This document shows, one piece after another, positions 13,111 to 25,870 of a stretch of DNA of 64,000 bases. The notes under the pieces were generated by a model, which saw only the letters and a program-made list of their open reading frames with translations, was not told the DNA's origin and did not search any database. The stretch spans positions 31,930,001 to 31,994,000 of the forward strand of contig JAGIQG010000027.1 of the NCBI GenBank assembly GCA_024679065.1. The letters are read 5' to 3'. Source of the stretch: Sphyrna mokarran (lineage: Eukaryota). The translations under genes and the position numbers were made by a program. Each line of letters opens with the position of its first letter. The first letter of the stretch is position 1.

Positions 13111-13669
13111 ATATATTTAGAACACTCCATTGGTGTTAACTTTCATCTTTTCCCAATGTCCCTAAGGTGTTGGCTATGTTTCATGGGCATTAGGAAGCAT
13201 ATTGGACTTGGCCCAAATAATGATTCTTTATGTGTGTTGGCAGACTGTTCAACCATGTGAGTCACCACAGCTGGGCATAGTCTAATCCTCACTTGAAATT
13301 TATATATTTGTACTCTCCAGCAGGATCACTGGATAGCAGTCAGAAGTGGTTAATTATTCTCCTCGCTAGCTCAGCAGTGCTGAGGCCAGTTCCAGTATCT
13401 ATTTATCCCAGAGCAGCCACCTCAGCAGTGACAGGAGGTCAAAGCTAAGGTGTGGCATGATTTGTCTCTCAGTGAATGCCCTCACTGCTTCCTATCTCTT
13501 TGACCCCTATAACCTTGCTGGAATGCTACTCACCTCCATCTCTGGCCCCTTATGCATCCTTCATTTCTTTTGTGTCATTGTTGACAGCCATGCCTTTAGC
13601 TATTTAGGCCCAAATGCTGAAATTCCTTCGCAAAACAATCCACCTCTCTTGTCTTCTTTTCTGTTAAAA

Positions 13670-13930
13670 AATATATGGAGCATAGGAGCAGGAATAGGCC
13701 ATTTGGCCCCTCAAGTGTACTCTGCTATTCAGTAGAAACATGCCTGATCACTTACTAAATTGCCATTGCCCCAAGCTATCCCCATAACCCTTAATGCCAT
13801 TAGTATCTACCTAGGAATTTATTGATCTTTTCCTTGAACTTTCCGAGTCCTCCGGGATAGAAAATTCCAAAGATTTGCTAAGCTCTGAGTGGAAATATTC
13901 TGCCTCATTTCTATTCTAAATGACTCTTAT
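13670..13930 (-). mobile_element. CR1 3' fragment
   Basis: ATAGGAGCAGGAATAGGCCATT tail; similar to 26970-27222. Confidence 0.7.
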
Positions 13931-14784
13931 TCAGAGATTGTGGGCAAAATTCCCCCCGAAAATGGCAAGTTTCATAACGACGAGAATAATGGAGTGATCT
14001 GTGCCTCTCCCTTGGATGCACGCTCCTCCCACACTCTGTCACTTTTTGTTGGTGATTTGGAATTTTTGTACTACTACTAAGATGGGCTCTGCTTAAACAT
14101 GTCAGTTAGCCTGGCTTCAGGGAGCTCAGGCACTGATCAGCAAGAGTAGCCTGATCTCATGCTGCCTTGGGAGATCCTCTCTCTAACCCCATGGATATCT
14201 GCCCTCCCCCACCCTTCAATCGGCAGCATGCCACCCCTCCCCCCCTTCTGATACAGGTCATCAGCAATGGGGTCTTCCTAATGCATTCCCGCAACATTAC
14301 CCTATAGCCGATATAGTCAGCACTCAGGGACCACGGCCACTTAGGTCTCACTCTCTGGGCAATGCTTCTAGCATATTGCTGGTGACCAATGGGCAGCGCT
14401 GGACTGTCCTCTGATCATTGCCAGACAGTGATCGTGTCTCAGGTGAGCCCGCAAGATGGAAACTGTGTGATGCCATCACCCGGCCATGCCCCCCAACACT
14501 CACAGGCTTTAGTGTTCTTTTAGCTCTCCTAGTATGACCATCTTGAAAGATCTTCACTTGTGGAAACTGTAGTGATTTTTGCTGTTATCGTGCCGTGCCC
14601 GAAGGCTGGCAAATTCTGTGTACTGGGCTTCAAATGGGCTCTACATATTTAAATTACTACTTTAAATACCAATTGAATTTTATCCCTTTCTGGATATGAA
14701 CTGGTTCATACCAGGATACTCACAAACTATTTGGCGCCAAGCGCAAAACAATTTTTAGGCCTGCACACTATTCTCCAGGACTGG

Positions 14785-15172
14785 TGTGGCACAATGGCAC
14801 AGTAGTTACCACTGTTGCCTCACAGCGTCAGGGACTCAGGTTCAATTCCAGTCTCAGGTCACTGTCTGCGTGGAGTTTGCACGTTCTCCCCGTGTCCGCG
14901 TGGGTTTCCTCCGGGTGCTCCGGTTTCCTCCCACACTCCAAAAGACATGCAGGTTAGGTTGATTGGTCATACTAACTTGATTCTGGTGTCAGGGGGATTG
15001 GCAGGATGAATATGTGGCATTATGGGATTGGGATATGTGTGGGATTGGACTCAATGGGCTGAATGACCTCTTTCTACACTGTAGGGATTCAATTCTTTGA
15101 TTTTCACAGTAATTTCATTACAGTGATAATGTAAGCCTACTTGTGACACCAATAAATAAACTTGTAAAGTTA
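14785..15172 (+). mobile_element. HE1 type A immediately followed by a type B tail terminus
   Basis: A tail ends GGGATTCAATTCTTTGA, then TTTTCACAGTAATTTCATT...GTAAGCCTACTTGTGACACCAATAAATAAACTT. Confidence 0.8.
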
Positions 15173-15453
15173 AACTTGGCATGGTGTGGTTAGAAAATTG
15201 CTGCTTTGTCCCCAGTTTTGCATACCAAACCACCCCACCCCTACTCCCCCTCCCTGCCAACACACACACACACACTCCTGGCATTCGTCCTGTTGAGTCC
15301 CTGAAGAATGTTGCAAGTTTTGAAAGTTTCTATGACTTATCTCTTTGGCCAAGCTTCTGGGTATCTGTCTGAACTCTCGATGTGTGGCTCAGTATGACAT
15401 TTCCATTTGGAAGTGCCTTGGAATATTTTACTAGAAAACAATATTTCTCTGCA

Positions 15454-15477
15454 AGTTGTTGTTGTTGTTGTTGTTGA
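15454..15477. repeat. (GTT)n microsatellite
   Basis: About 7 GTT units. Confidence 0.9.
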
Positions 15478-16267
15478 GTCATGCACACATCAAGTGAATC
15501 ACTCGGAGGGGAGTGGATCTCCATTGGTTACATCATTCATTGGGGTTAGGCTGAGTGACGGAGCTGAGATGGGAAGGGAAAGAGAACACGAAGGTGCCAA
15601 GGGCGTTCACAGCTGATGAGATGTGCTGTCAGTTGGTGCAGCTGGAACACGGGCCAGCAGCAAGTGGAGCAATGAAGCAATTGAAACAAATATCTAAATA
15701 CCTGGGACTGACTTGGATCAGCTTTGGTTGCTGTTCAACTTCTATGATTTGAACTGTTGTTGCCGATAATTCTGTTCACAAGGTGATGAGATAATGCAGA
15801 ACAGTGCTGTATTCAAACAAAACTCCAACGATAACCATCTTGGATTGCATTTTGTGTAATGTAAGAGTCATAGAAGTGTATAACATGAAAATAGGCACTT
15901 TGGTCCCATTTTTCCATACCATCCAATTTTATGACTAAGCTCATCCCATATCACAGGGCAATTCATCAAGGTAAAATGATGGTTACTTTCATAGCCTGGA
16001 TCAAATATTTTAGCCCAATTAATGATGTTTTCTTTTTCAGTTTATGCAACTTGTCTGTTCATGAATGAGATGTGATTCATCAACGGGCTATCACACGAAA
16101 GGAATTCCTGTGGGGCCGCTTGCAATCATATATATTTTTACAATGCAGGGTAAATTTGGTCAGTCTCAATGGCTGAGCCAAGGCAGCTGGATGGAGGTTA
16201 GATCCAGGTGAATCATAACCTCATTGAATAGGAGGACAGGTTTAATGAGCTGAATAGCTGGCTCTTT

Positions 16268-16397
16268 TGGTTGGAGTTTTCGGTTCTGCCTTCCACAGCA
16301 CCGGAAATTCCCACCCGAAGTCAGAGGGCTCATCCATCAGATTTTCCGTCCTGCCTGTGACAATCCCCGCAGTAGATAGGACTGGAAAATTTAGGCC
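16268..16397 (+). mobile_element. Short (~130 bp) double-hairpin MITE-like element
   Basis: GGAAATTCCCACCCGAAGTCA core shared with 17218, 22086, 34365, 46528 and 56343. Confidence 0.6.
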
Positions 16398-16686
16398 GGA
16401 AATTCTCATCTTCCTTTTTAAAGGGTGCTTGTGCCAAACCCATTACAACACAGGGCAATGACAATGAAATAAAACACAACTTCAGTCCAATGAAAATGTC
16501 CATTATTTTGCGGAGAAGAATTTCGCCACAGCAGCTTGAATCCAAGCAGAAAGTAGCAACATTTTGTTTCTGCTGAGCTTAGGCAATAATTTCCATCTTT
16601 TACTAATTTTAGTATCAAAAACTAAATTTGTGTATTGAGGTATTGAGTGAATTTTGGCAGCTTTAATGTGTTCTTAATTGATCATG

Positions 16687-17072
16687 GGGTGGCATGGTGG
16701 CACAGCGGCCTCATAGCACCAGGGTCCCGGGTTTGATTCTGGCCTTGGGTGGCTGCCTGTATGGCGTTTGCACGTTCTCCCCATGTCTGCATGGGTTTCC
16801 TCATGGTGCTCTGGTTTCTCTCACACTTCAAAGATGTGCAGGTTTAGGTGGATTGGCCAAGCTAAATTGCCCCTTAGTGTCCAAAGACATGTAGATTAGA
16901 GGGATTAGTGGGGTAAATTTGTGAGGTTACAGGAATAAGTCTGGCTGGGATTTTCCCTTAGTGTTAGAGAGATTACTTGGGGTTACAGGGATAAAGCTGG
17001 GATGGAGTTGTTGATGGTGCAGACTCGATGGGTCAAATGGCCTCCTTCTATACTCTAGGCATTCTATGATCA
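16687..17072 (+). mobile_element. HE1 type A with partially duplicated tail segment
   Basis: Head, V-domain, ending ATTCTATGAT. Confidence 0.85.
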
Positions 17073-17217
17073 TGGTGGAGAGTTGAACGCCAATTTCTGT
17101 TTCTTCGGCTAATTTTCACTGTTCTGCGCCTCTTCTGAAGGTGTTGATTTCTACCCAGTATATAGTTTCGCAGGCACCAGGCATTTTCTGTTTGTTTAGC
17201 CTATTGTTTGATCTTTG

Positions 17218-17362
17218 GGGGGAATTTTGCCATTGAGAAACATAACGGGTGGAGGGTTTGCGGAGGAGGGGAAGGGGCGATGAGGGCGGGGAATACAGAG
17301 ATCCATTGACCTCGGGTGGGATTTTCCGGTTTTGGGGTGAGAGTGGCTGAAAAAACCGTGCC
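17218..17362 (-). mobile_element. Short double-hairpin MITE-like element
   Basis: TTGACCTCGGGTGGGATTTTCCGG is the reverse complement of the family core. Confidence 0.6.
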
Positions 17363-18439
17363 CATTATGTTTGAGCCCGAACCGCGAGCGTCCGCAGATA
17401 ACTGAACCATGGCGAGGTTCACCAGTGACTAATCTTATCTCTTAGTTCAGAATGGGTGCTGTGCAGCCAGAATTCTAGGCCCAAAACTTGAGGCTTCAAG
17501 TATTTCATTCACCATTATTATTGTTTTCCTTCAAGTTTTTCTTTTTCCTAATGAAGTTGTAATTGCCCCAATATAGTGTTCTCCAATTCCCATTCCTTTA
17601 TTCACTTGGTGACAGAATGAGCCACTATCCTGGCTGCCCCTCCAGCTTTGGACACTCACAAAAGGCCATTGATGCAAGTCTCATAACTGGACCGTCTTTT
17701 TGTGTTTATTTTGATGGATCAAAGTCAGCTTTTTTTTACTCATCTTTTCTTGGGTTGTCATTTTATTTCCCTTTGGCTGCCACCATTTATTTTTCAGGAT
17801 AGAGTTGACCGCGGGAAACACTGCCTGATCTCTCGGCTGTACTCTTTTGTTTGGAAGCATTTTTCAAACTGGGGCATTTTCCAGATTAGGCAGCAATTCT
17901 AAATGCTAACATCTAAGTTTGACATTGTGTACAAACTTTGAGGGCATCTCAGTGTCCAAAGTTGCCCATTTCCACTACTGAAAAGTTGTCTGCGCCGGCA
18001 CCAAATAAGCTCAAATATCCTGTCCCACTTTGTCACTTCCACTGTTCAAAACTCCTCTTCTTGGCCCCCTCAGACTGATGCTGTCAAACTCATCCATAAA
18101 TAATTCTGTCACTTATGTTGCATTGTGTGGAAATTTGAGCTCATCTCAATGCTCTTCTCGCTTCCCGTTCTCGATGTGTTTGTGTCAAAACCCTCGTTCC
18201 CATTTACAGATTTGCTCACAGGCATTTCCCATCTGACATCTGCAGTCTTCTCAACATCTCAGTTGGTGCACTCAACTCTTCTAGATCAGAGTGATGTACT
18301 CCCCAATCTCTTTGCTGTATTTCCAATGCCAAAACCTCTATCATCATGGCCCTCTGCTCTGGGATTCTCTTTCTAAACTTGCCGAGCATGCCACATCATC
18401 CTGTACTTTCAAAATCTGCAAAACTTATATCTTTTCTCC

Positions 18440-18710
18440 ATGAATGAATAGTTGCATGGACAGCACTTTGCAACCAATGCGCTTCTTTCAATGTCTAATC
18501 ACTGCTGTGTAGCAGCTAATTTGCACACAACAAGATCCCGCAAAGAGCAAAGACATTAATGGACAGATCTTCATTTTTAAGGCTGGGTTTGAAGGTAGAT
18601 GTTGGCCAGGATTTGGCTCTTTTTACAAATAGCAAACGTGGGGTTTTACATATCTGCCAGAGAGCAGATAAGCCCCCAGTTTAATGTCTCATGTGAAAAC
18701 TAACTATGCA
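18440..18710 (-). mobile_element. Degraded Deu-domain SINE (SacSINE1/AmnSINE1-like)
   Basis: GCAGCTAATTTGCACACAACAAGATCCC matches the copy at 27438-27800. Confidence 0.65.
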
Positions 18711-19085
18711 CTTGGTTACCTCCTTGAAACTTTCTTCTGATCTTGTGTTCTCATCTATCCATTGGTGATTTTTTTACATTTAAGATGTTATATAAGTGTA
18801 ATATGGTACTATTATAAGAAAGTGCAAGTTTCACATTCCTAGCACCAACAATGTCATGCTAAAGAAACCAGTCCCATTGTGCAGAAAATTAAATATATCT
18901 TAATTTCTTCCTTTTTTTAAAGAAGTGAAATCATGCTCGTTTCCTTCATCTGCTATTTCATCTGAAGCTAGAGAGGGTTAGCAATGAAGTTTTTTTTACA
19001 ATTTCTTACATTTTAATAGTTTGAAAGAGCCTTGTTTACTCCATACAAACTTTCAGTTTTAAGTCAACTGCCCATCCAGCCCTTG

Positions 19086-19392
19086 GGGCAGCACAGTGGT
19101 ACAGTGGCACAGCGGTTAGCACTGATGCCTCACTATGCTAGGGACCTGGGTTGATTCCCAGGTGGGTACTGTCTACATGAAGTTTGCACATTTCCCCATG
19201 TCTGCGTGGGTTTCCTGCAGATGCTCCGGTTTCCTCCCCACAGTCCAAAAGACGTGCTGGTTAGGTGCATTGGCCGTGCTAAATTCTCCCTCAGCGTACC
19301 CGAACAGGTGCCAGAATGTGGCGACTAGGGGATTTTTCACAGTAACTTTATTAATGTAAGACGACTTGTGACACAGATAGATAACTTAAACT
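19086..19392 (+). mobile_element. V-SINE, tail type B
   Basis: Head, V-domain, B tail. Confidence 0.9.
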
Positions 19393-19981
19393 TGGGATGA
19401 TGGCAATGGACGTGGAATTGACAACAAAACAGATCTCTCCACCTGTACTGTGTCAATATGATGGAATTGGAGTGGGAATGCTGTTGCATCAGGTTTTGTG
19501 GTTTGGAATTCTTTAGATGCTTTTTTGTTCTTCAGGAACAGTGTATTTCTCCATTGCACACAAATTGCAGCTATTTTAATCTTTATTAATCCCAGTCTGT
19601 TGCCCAAGGCAGAATGTCATCAACTGATGACATGAGACAAATTTGGAGAGGCAGTTTGTACTCTCTTACATCCTGATGTCATGCTTTGGCATGATTGTTG
19701 GGCCTTACATCCTTACAGTGAAATTGATCATGCCCCAAATGCACAGTTAGTGACAGTTACTAAGATGGAGAAAGGAAGAAATAGCTCTCTTCCAAGTAGG
19801 CTGTTTAACGTTAGAATATCAGTTATAATCTTAGAAATTATTTGTTGCACAAGTGCAGGAATCCTATGGAAATAGTTTTGGACATGTGAGTAAAAACTGC
19901 AAAATGCAAAACTAGACAGAAAATACGAGGTGTGGTTGATAGCATAATTGTAAATGTTGGAACTCCACAATTACCTTTTGA

Positions 19982-20278
19982 AGGTAGCACGGTGGCATAG
20001 TTAGCACAGCTATATAACAGCACCAGGGACCTGGGTTCAGTTATGGCTTTGGGTGACTGTGTGGAGTTTGCACTTTTTCCCCCCATCTGCTTGGGTTTCC
20101 TGCAGGTGCTCTGGTTCCCTCCCACAGTCCAAAGATGAGTAGGGTGGATTAGCTACGGTAAATGTATGGAGCTATGGGGACCGGATGGAGGAAGGAACCT
20201 AGGTAAGATGCTTTGACAGAATCAGTGCAGTCTTGATGGGTCAAATGACCTCCTTCTACACTGTAGGGATTCTACGAA
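19982..20278 (+). mobile_element. HE1 type A
   Basis: Head, V-domain, tail CTGTAGGGATTCTA. Confidence 0.85.
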
Positions 20279-20419
20279 AAGAGTTACTGTCTTCCATTGT
20301 TTGTCTTGAAAAGTGTACATGTGAAGACATTGGGATGGGAATGGGGATGCTTGTGACATCGTTATGCTGGAACCTTCTAGTCAAGATCTTGTTAGGAACA
20401 CAACTAACCCAATTGCAGG

Positions 20420-20940
20420 ACTTGAACACAAAAACTAAGGCAGATGCTCTAGTGCTGAGGATGTGTTACCTTTCAAATGTGACGATTGGCTATACTAAAA
20501 TTGCCCCTTAGTGTCCTGAGATGCTTAGGTTAGAGGGATTAGCGGGTAAAATTTATATGGGTATAGGGCCTGGGTGGGATTGTGGTCGGTGCAGACTTGA
20601 TGGGCTGAAGAACCTCTTTTTGCAATGTAGGGTTCTATGATTCTGTGATTCCATGTTAAACAAAGTCCTATCTGACTGCTACTTATAAAGGATCTCATGG
20701 CATAGTTTGGAAACAGAACAGGGGAGTTTTTCCCAGTGATCTGGTCAATATTTATTCCTCAATCAACAGCACAAAAGCAGATGATCTGGTCGTTATCATT
20801 TCTGGGAGCTTGCTGTGCATAAATTGGCAGATACATTTCCAAATTACAATAACTGCTACAGTTGAAAAGTATTACAGTGGCTATAAGGCACATTGAGACA
20901 TTCAGTTGTGAGAGGCACTATATATATGGAAGGTTTCTTT
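20420..20940 (+). mobile_element. Deu-domain SINE interrupted by an HE1 3' fragment (about 20486-20652)
   Basis: GGGGAGTT...CAATATTTATTCCTCAATCAAC...GGGAGCTTGCTGTGCATAAATTGGC is the Deu-domain pattern. Confidence 0.75.
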
Positions 20941-21081
20941 CATTTTTAAGAAGATAAAGAGGTCTTTCAATCCATTAGGTAAAGGGATTTAAGCACTTGA
21001 GGGGATTTAAATGCTTTGAATGGGCTTTCATGAATGAGTTTTTTTACACACTAAAGTAAGTGCTATGACAAGGTCCTTGGT

Positions 21082-21212
21082 GATGTAGAGATGCCGGTGT
21101 TGGACTGGGGTAAACTCAGTAGAGTTTTACAACACCAATTTTAAATCCAACCAATTTATTTGATAGTAAATCCGCGAGCTTTCGACACTATGTGTCTTCA
21201 TCAGGCAAATGC
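21082..21212 (-). mobile_element. Penelope-like element terminal (pseudo-LTR) fragment
   Basis: Reverse complement matches 44140-44250 and 53160-53250, the latter lying downstream of a GIY-YIG coding remnant. Confidence 0.75.
21171..21209 (-). ncRNA. Minimal type I hammerhead ribozyme motif
   Basis: Minus strand reads UUUGC CUGAUGA A GACAC AUA GUGUC GAAA GC UC GCGGA: core boxes, 5-bp stem II, palindromic AGCU at stem III, pairable stem I. Confidence 0.65.
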
Positions 21213-21537
21213 CAGACAATAGGTCCTGTGGCACAGTGATAGTGACCCTGCCTCCATGCCAGGAACTCCTGGTTCAAGTCACTCTGAGACCTAATGACCA
21301 AGAAAGGTCATTAGTTCTACTGGACTTTGTCCCAGCTGTTTTGTTAAGTTTTAGACAGGGGCCATTGAGTCTGTAGTGTTTCCACCTGATTGACAACTAG
21401 GCCTATCAATGAGGCTCTCCCTGCGAGGGGACCTGTTGATGAGAACAAACACAGTCCTCTAGGATCCCTGAGCTCTGCTAGATCTCCTCAGTGGATCAAA
21501 GGTTAAATTCCCATCTTTATGTCAAAGTACTCTATGG

Positions 21538-21903
21538 GACTTCTTTTTCTGGAGCATAGGAGGCTCGGGATGATCTTATAGAAGTCTATAAAATAACGAG
21601 GGGCATAGATAAATCAGCATCTTCTCCCAAAGTCTAAAACTAGAGGGCATAGGTTTAAGGTGAAGGGGAGAGATACAAAAGGACACAAAGAGTGTCCAGA
21701 ACAAGCTGCCAGAAGTAGTAATCAATGTGGGTACAATTTTGTCTTTTTAAAAGCCTTTGGACAGTTACATGGGTAAGATTGGTGTAGAGGGATTTGGGCC
21801 AAACGCAGGCAATTGGGATTACCTTAGTGGTTGAAAAAAAGGGGGTGGACAAGTTGGGCCAAGGGGCTTATTTCTGTGCTGTAAACCTCTGTGATTCTAT
21901 GAT
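21538..21903 (+). mobile_element. CR1 3' fragment
   Basis: CTGGAGCATAGGAGGCT...AGAGGGCATAGGTTTAAGGTG...GATTCTATGA. Confidence 0.85.
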
Positions 21904-22044
21904 GCGAACTAGCTTCTGAATGCTCAAAAATGGCAAACATCTGTAATCTGTGCATTGGGTAACCACAGGTTAATTTGTTTTGAGTGCAATAATGGTTGTC
22001 TTTCACTGGACTAATCAGGAGACACAGGGTAATGCTGTGGGGAT

Positions 22045-22295
22045 AAAAGCAAATTACTGAAGCTGCTGGAATCTGAAACATCCTAGGTGAGATTTTCCAG
22101 CCACGCTCGTCCCAAGGCCAGAAAATCCCACCCGAGGTCAATGCAACTTTGCATGTCTGTGTCCCGCCCGCTACAATTCCCGTGATGGGCAGGACAGGAA
22201 AATTCTGGAGCCTGACACAAAACATTGGCTCTATTCTCTCTCCACAAATGCTGTCAGATCTACTGAAATTTTGCAGCATTTTCTGTTTCTGTAAT
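22045..22295. mobile_element. Penelope-derived hairpin element split by a MITE-like element (22086-22212)
   Basis: AAAAGCAAATTACTGAAGCTGCTGGAATCTGAAAC left arm and CTCTCTCCACAAATGCTGTCAGATC right arm match 33097-33291. Confidence 0.65.
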
Positions 22296-22299
22296 GCTC

Positions 22300-22925
22300 T
22301 GGTAGGCACCTGGATTCGAATCCCACCACGGCAAATGGTGAAATTTGAATTCAGTAGAAGTCTCGAGTTAATGATGATCATGAAACTGTTGTCATAGAAA
22401 CCCATCTTTTTCACTAATGTCCTCCGGGGGAGGAAATCTGCCTTCCTTACCGAATGGATAGTCAGAAGCTTCTTTTCTAGGATGGAAGAGTCAATTACTC
22501 AAGGATATAGGTTCAAGGTGCAGGAAGCAAGTTTTAAAAGAGATTTACGAGGCAGATTTTTTTACACAGAGAGTGGTGGGTGCCTGGAACTCGTTGCCGG
22601 GGGAGGTAGTGGATACGGATACGGTAGTGACTTTTAAGAGATGTCTTGACAAGTACATGAATGAGATGGGAATATAGGGATGTGGTCCCTGGAAGGGTAG
22701 GAGATTTTTGTTAAGTTGGCCAAAGGGCCTGCTCCTATGCTGTAATTTTCTTTGTTCTTTTACCCGAGTTAGCCAACATGTGACTCCAGACCCACAGCAA
22801 TGTGGTTGTCACTTATAATGTACTCAAATGGCCTTGCAAGTGGTTCAGTTCAAGGGCAATTAGGAATGGGCAATAAATAAATAGCCAGCCAGCAATGCCC
22901 ACACCCACTGAAAATTAAAAAAAAG
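22300..22925 (+). mobile_element. SINE family C interrupted by a CR1 3' fragment (about 22452-22760, +)
   Basis: GGAAATCTGCCTTCCTTACC|CR1|...GTGACTCCAGACCCACAGCAATGTGG rejoins the family C sequence. Confidence 0.8.
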
Positions 22926-23321
22926 TAATATTTTGGTTGATAATTTGTTAGAATGCTTGATGTAAAAATATTGGGTTGAATGCTAGTTTCGCACTAGCTG
23001 CCAATGCTTTTATGCTGAAGCAACAGAGGAAGATTGTTGGGTAGTTTCTGGTCAGAAGTAGCTGTTATGTTTCCTGATTCTGGGTTGTGAAAATAAATAA
23101 TTGTAGAGTGGGAGGAAGCTACGTTTATCTCATTTCCGAACATAGTGTGTTTGCTTTCGAGGTGTGACGTAACTCATAAAAATTTATCATTGTTTTTTGA
23201 GGAGCCAACTGACAGTGTCGTTTGCAAGTCAAATCTTGTAATCTCACAGATTAACATATCTGTATTCATATTCCAGCAATTGCCACTCCAGTGTTTTAGA
23301 ATGCTGTACAGTTGCTAGTTG

Positions 23322-23620
23322 GGGAGGCATGGTAGCACAGTGGTTAGCACTGCTGTCTCACAGAGCCCCGGGTTCAATTCTCAGCTTGGGTCACTGTCTG
23401 CGTGGAATCTGCACGTTCTCCTTGAGTTTGCATGGGTTTCCTCTGGGTGCTCTGTTTTTCTTCCACAGTCTGAAAAATGTGCTGGTTAGGTGGATTGGCT
23501 ATGCTAAATTTTCTCTCAGAGTACATGAACAGGCGCCGGAGTGTGGCGACTTGGGGATTTTCACTGTACTTTCATTGCGGTGTTAATGTAAGCCTGCTTG
23601 TGACACAAATACATAAACTT
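23322..23620 (+). mobile_element. V-SINE, tail type B
   Basis: Head, V-domain, B tail. Confidence 0.9.
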
Positions 23621-23789
23621 GATTTTACCTCTAAATTTAAACTCCCTCTGCTGCTTAATTAAAAGTACAGATTCCTTCAAAAAGAGCAAATGAAAGAAAG
23701 AACTTGAATTTATATGGGGCCTGTGTCCTCAGGATGTCTCAATGTGCTTTACAGACAAGTAAGTCATTTTAAAGTGGTTTCATAATTGC

Positions 23790-24755
23790 ATCTAAATGGC
23801 GAGAGATTGCAGGTTTCTGAAATTAAGAGGGATCTGGGCGCCAGAGTGCATGAATCACAAAAGGTTCATGTGGAGGTACAGCAAATAATTAGGAAAATAA
23901 ATGGAATGTTATTTGTTTTATTGTGAGGGAAGTTGTAAAAATGCTCATTCACCAATTTAGGAAAACACAGCTTGTTTATTTACAAGTTCAAACCATACAG
24001 AGGTTTGATTGCAACCTTGTGGCTGCAATCAGCTCCTGCGATGTCTCTGAGCACAGAAGCCAGCACTTATCAGGGTGATCCCCCCTCCCCCCCACCCTGC
24101 TTCCCGAATGGTTCCTTGGTCATTTGAACATTGATCCTTAAAGGAACAATCACTGCAGGAATCGATTACAACAATAGGAAAGATGAGCTTCAGTTTTACA
24201 GGAAGATGGTGAAACCACATCAGGAGTACTGTGTACAGCAGTGGTCTCCTTATTTAAGGAAATGTGTAAATGAGATACAGGCAGTCCAGAGAAGGATTGC
24301 TGGACTAATATCAGGAATGGGTGGGCTATCTTATGGAGAAAGTGTGGAGAGGTTAGATTTGTATCCATCAGAGTTCAAGGAGTAAGAGATGATGACTGAA
24401 ACATGTAAGATCCTGATAAATCTTGACAGTATGAATATAGAGAGGATATTTTGCCTCTTGTGGGTGAATCCAGAACTTGGGATTACAATTTAACATAAAG
24501 GGTGGCTCATTGAAGATACGTTTGAGGAGGATTTTTTTCTCACCAAGGGTGGTGAATCTTTGGAACGATCCTGCTTAAAAGTCTGTCGAGCAGGGTCACT
24601 GAAAGCTGAGATAGATTCTTGATTAACTAGGCATGAAAGATTATTGGGGATAAGCAGGAATATGGTTACAATTGGGGCAGCCATGGTCTACTGAATTGTA
24701 GAGCAGGCTCAAGGGGTTGATTGGCCCATTCTGTTCCTAACTTGTATGTTAGTAT
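23790..24755 (+). mobile_element. CR1 ORF2 C-terminal fragment with an LTR-like insert (about 23933-24173)
   Basis: ORF 24131-24385 gives LQFYRKMVKPHQEYCVQQWSPYLRK...AVQRR (CR1 'LVRPHLEYCVQFWSP' region); insert runs TG...CA. Confidence 0.75.
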
Positions 24756-25079
24756 GAAATACCAATAGGCAAAATGTGTCCAGCAAGATCCCACAACCAG
24801 CAGTGAAATAATTTTTGTTTATGCTTTTAGCGAGATTGCTAATTAAAACACGGGAAGTAGAGAATATTTTCAATAGTTGGGTGGAATGGATTGTTAGCTT
24901 GGCTCAGTTGCTAGCATTGTAACCTCTATACAGCACAATCCTGCACAAGTATCACACTGTTGCTGGGGTTGCCTTCAATTGAGACATTAAACTGAGTCCC
25001 TGCCAATCTGCTTTATAGTTCAACTGAATGTTAAAAATCTCATGGTATCAGTCAAACAAGATTAAGCAGTTCTCACAGT

Positions 25080-25870
25080 GACTGTGAACAGTTTTGGTCC
25101 CCATATCTAAGGAAAGGTGAACTGACATTGGAGGCAATCCACAGAAGGTTCACTAGGTTGATCCCAGGTATGGAGGGATTTTCTTATATGGAGATGTAGA
25201 GGAGGGTTGGGCCTGCACTCAGTGGAATTTAGAAAGGTGACATTATTGAGAGATATAGGATGTTTTCTCTTATTTCATTCATGGGATGTGGATGGCTGGT
25301 TGGGCCAGCATTTGTTGCCCATCCCTAATTGCCCTTGACCTGAGTGGCTGGCTACGCCATTTCAGAGGGCAGTTGATAGTCAAACACATTGCTGTGGCCC
25401 TGGAGTCACACATAGGCCACACCAGCTAAGAACGGCAGATTTCTTTCCTTAAAGGATATTAGTGAACCAGATGGGTTTTTTTCTGACAATCGACATGGTC
25501 ATTATTCTCAGGGTCTTGATAGGGTAATTGCTGAGAAGTTGTTTCATTTTGTGGGAGACTCCAGGACCAGAGGGTAGAATCTCAGAGTAAGGGAATGTAA
25601 GACACAGATGAGGAGGAATTTCTTCTATTAGGGTATAGAGAACCTGTGGAATTCTTTACCACAGACAGTCATAAGGGTGTAAAGAATGTTCAAGGCTGAG
25701 GTAAACAGAGTGTTAATCAGTAAGAAAATCAAGGTTTATGATGATAAGGCAGGAAAGTAGAGTTGAGGAGTATCATATGACATCAGTCACGATCTCCTTG
25801 AATGGAAGAGTAGACTTGATGGGCCGAATGGCCTATTCTGTTCCCATTTCTAATGGTCTCATAGTCTTGT
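25080..25870 (+). mobile_element. CR1 3' fragment interrupted by SINE family C (about 25265-25500, -)
   Basis: CAGTTTTGGTCCCCATATCTAAGGAAAG start; resumes ATTCTCAGGGTCTTGATAGGG after the SINE. Confidence 0.8.

Noticed and set aside
13940-14785. GC-richer segment, with a similar one at about 63150-63800, resembling a regulatory island
   Set aside because: Probably decayed non-autonomous DNA transposons, but I could not define termini or family well enough to call them.
15330-15524. Poly-Q ORF
   Set aside because: Produced by the (GTT)n microsatellite.
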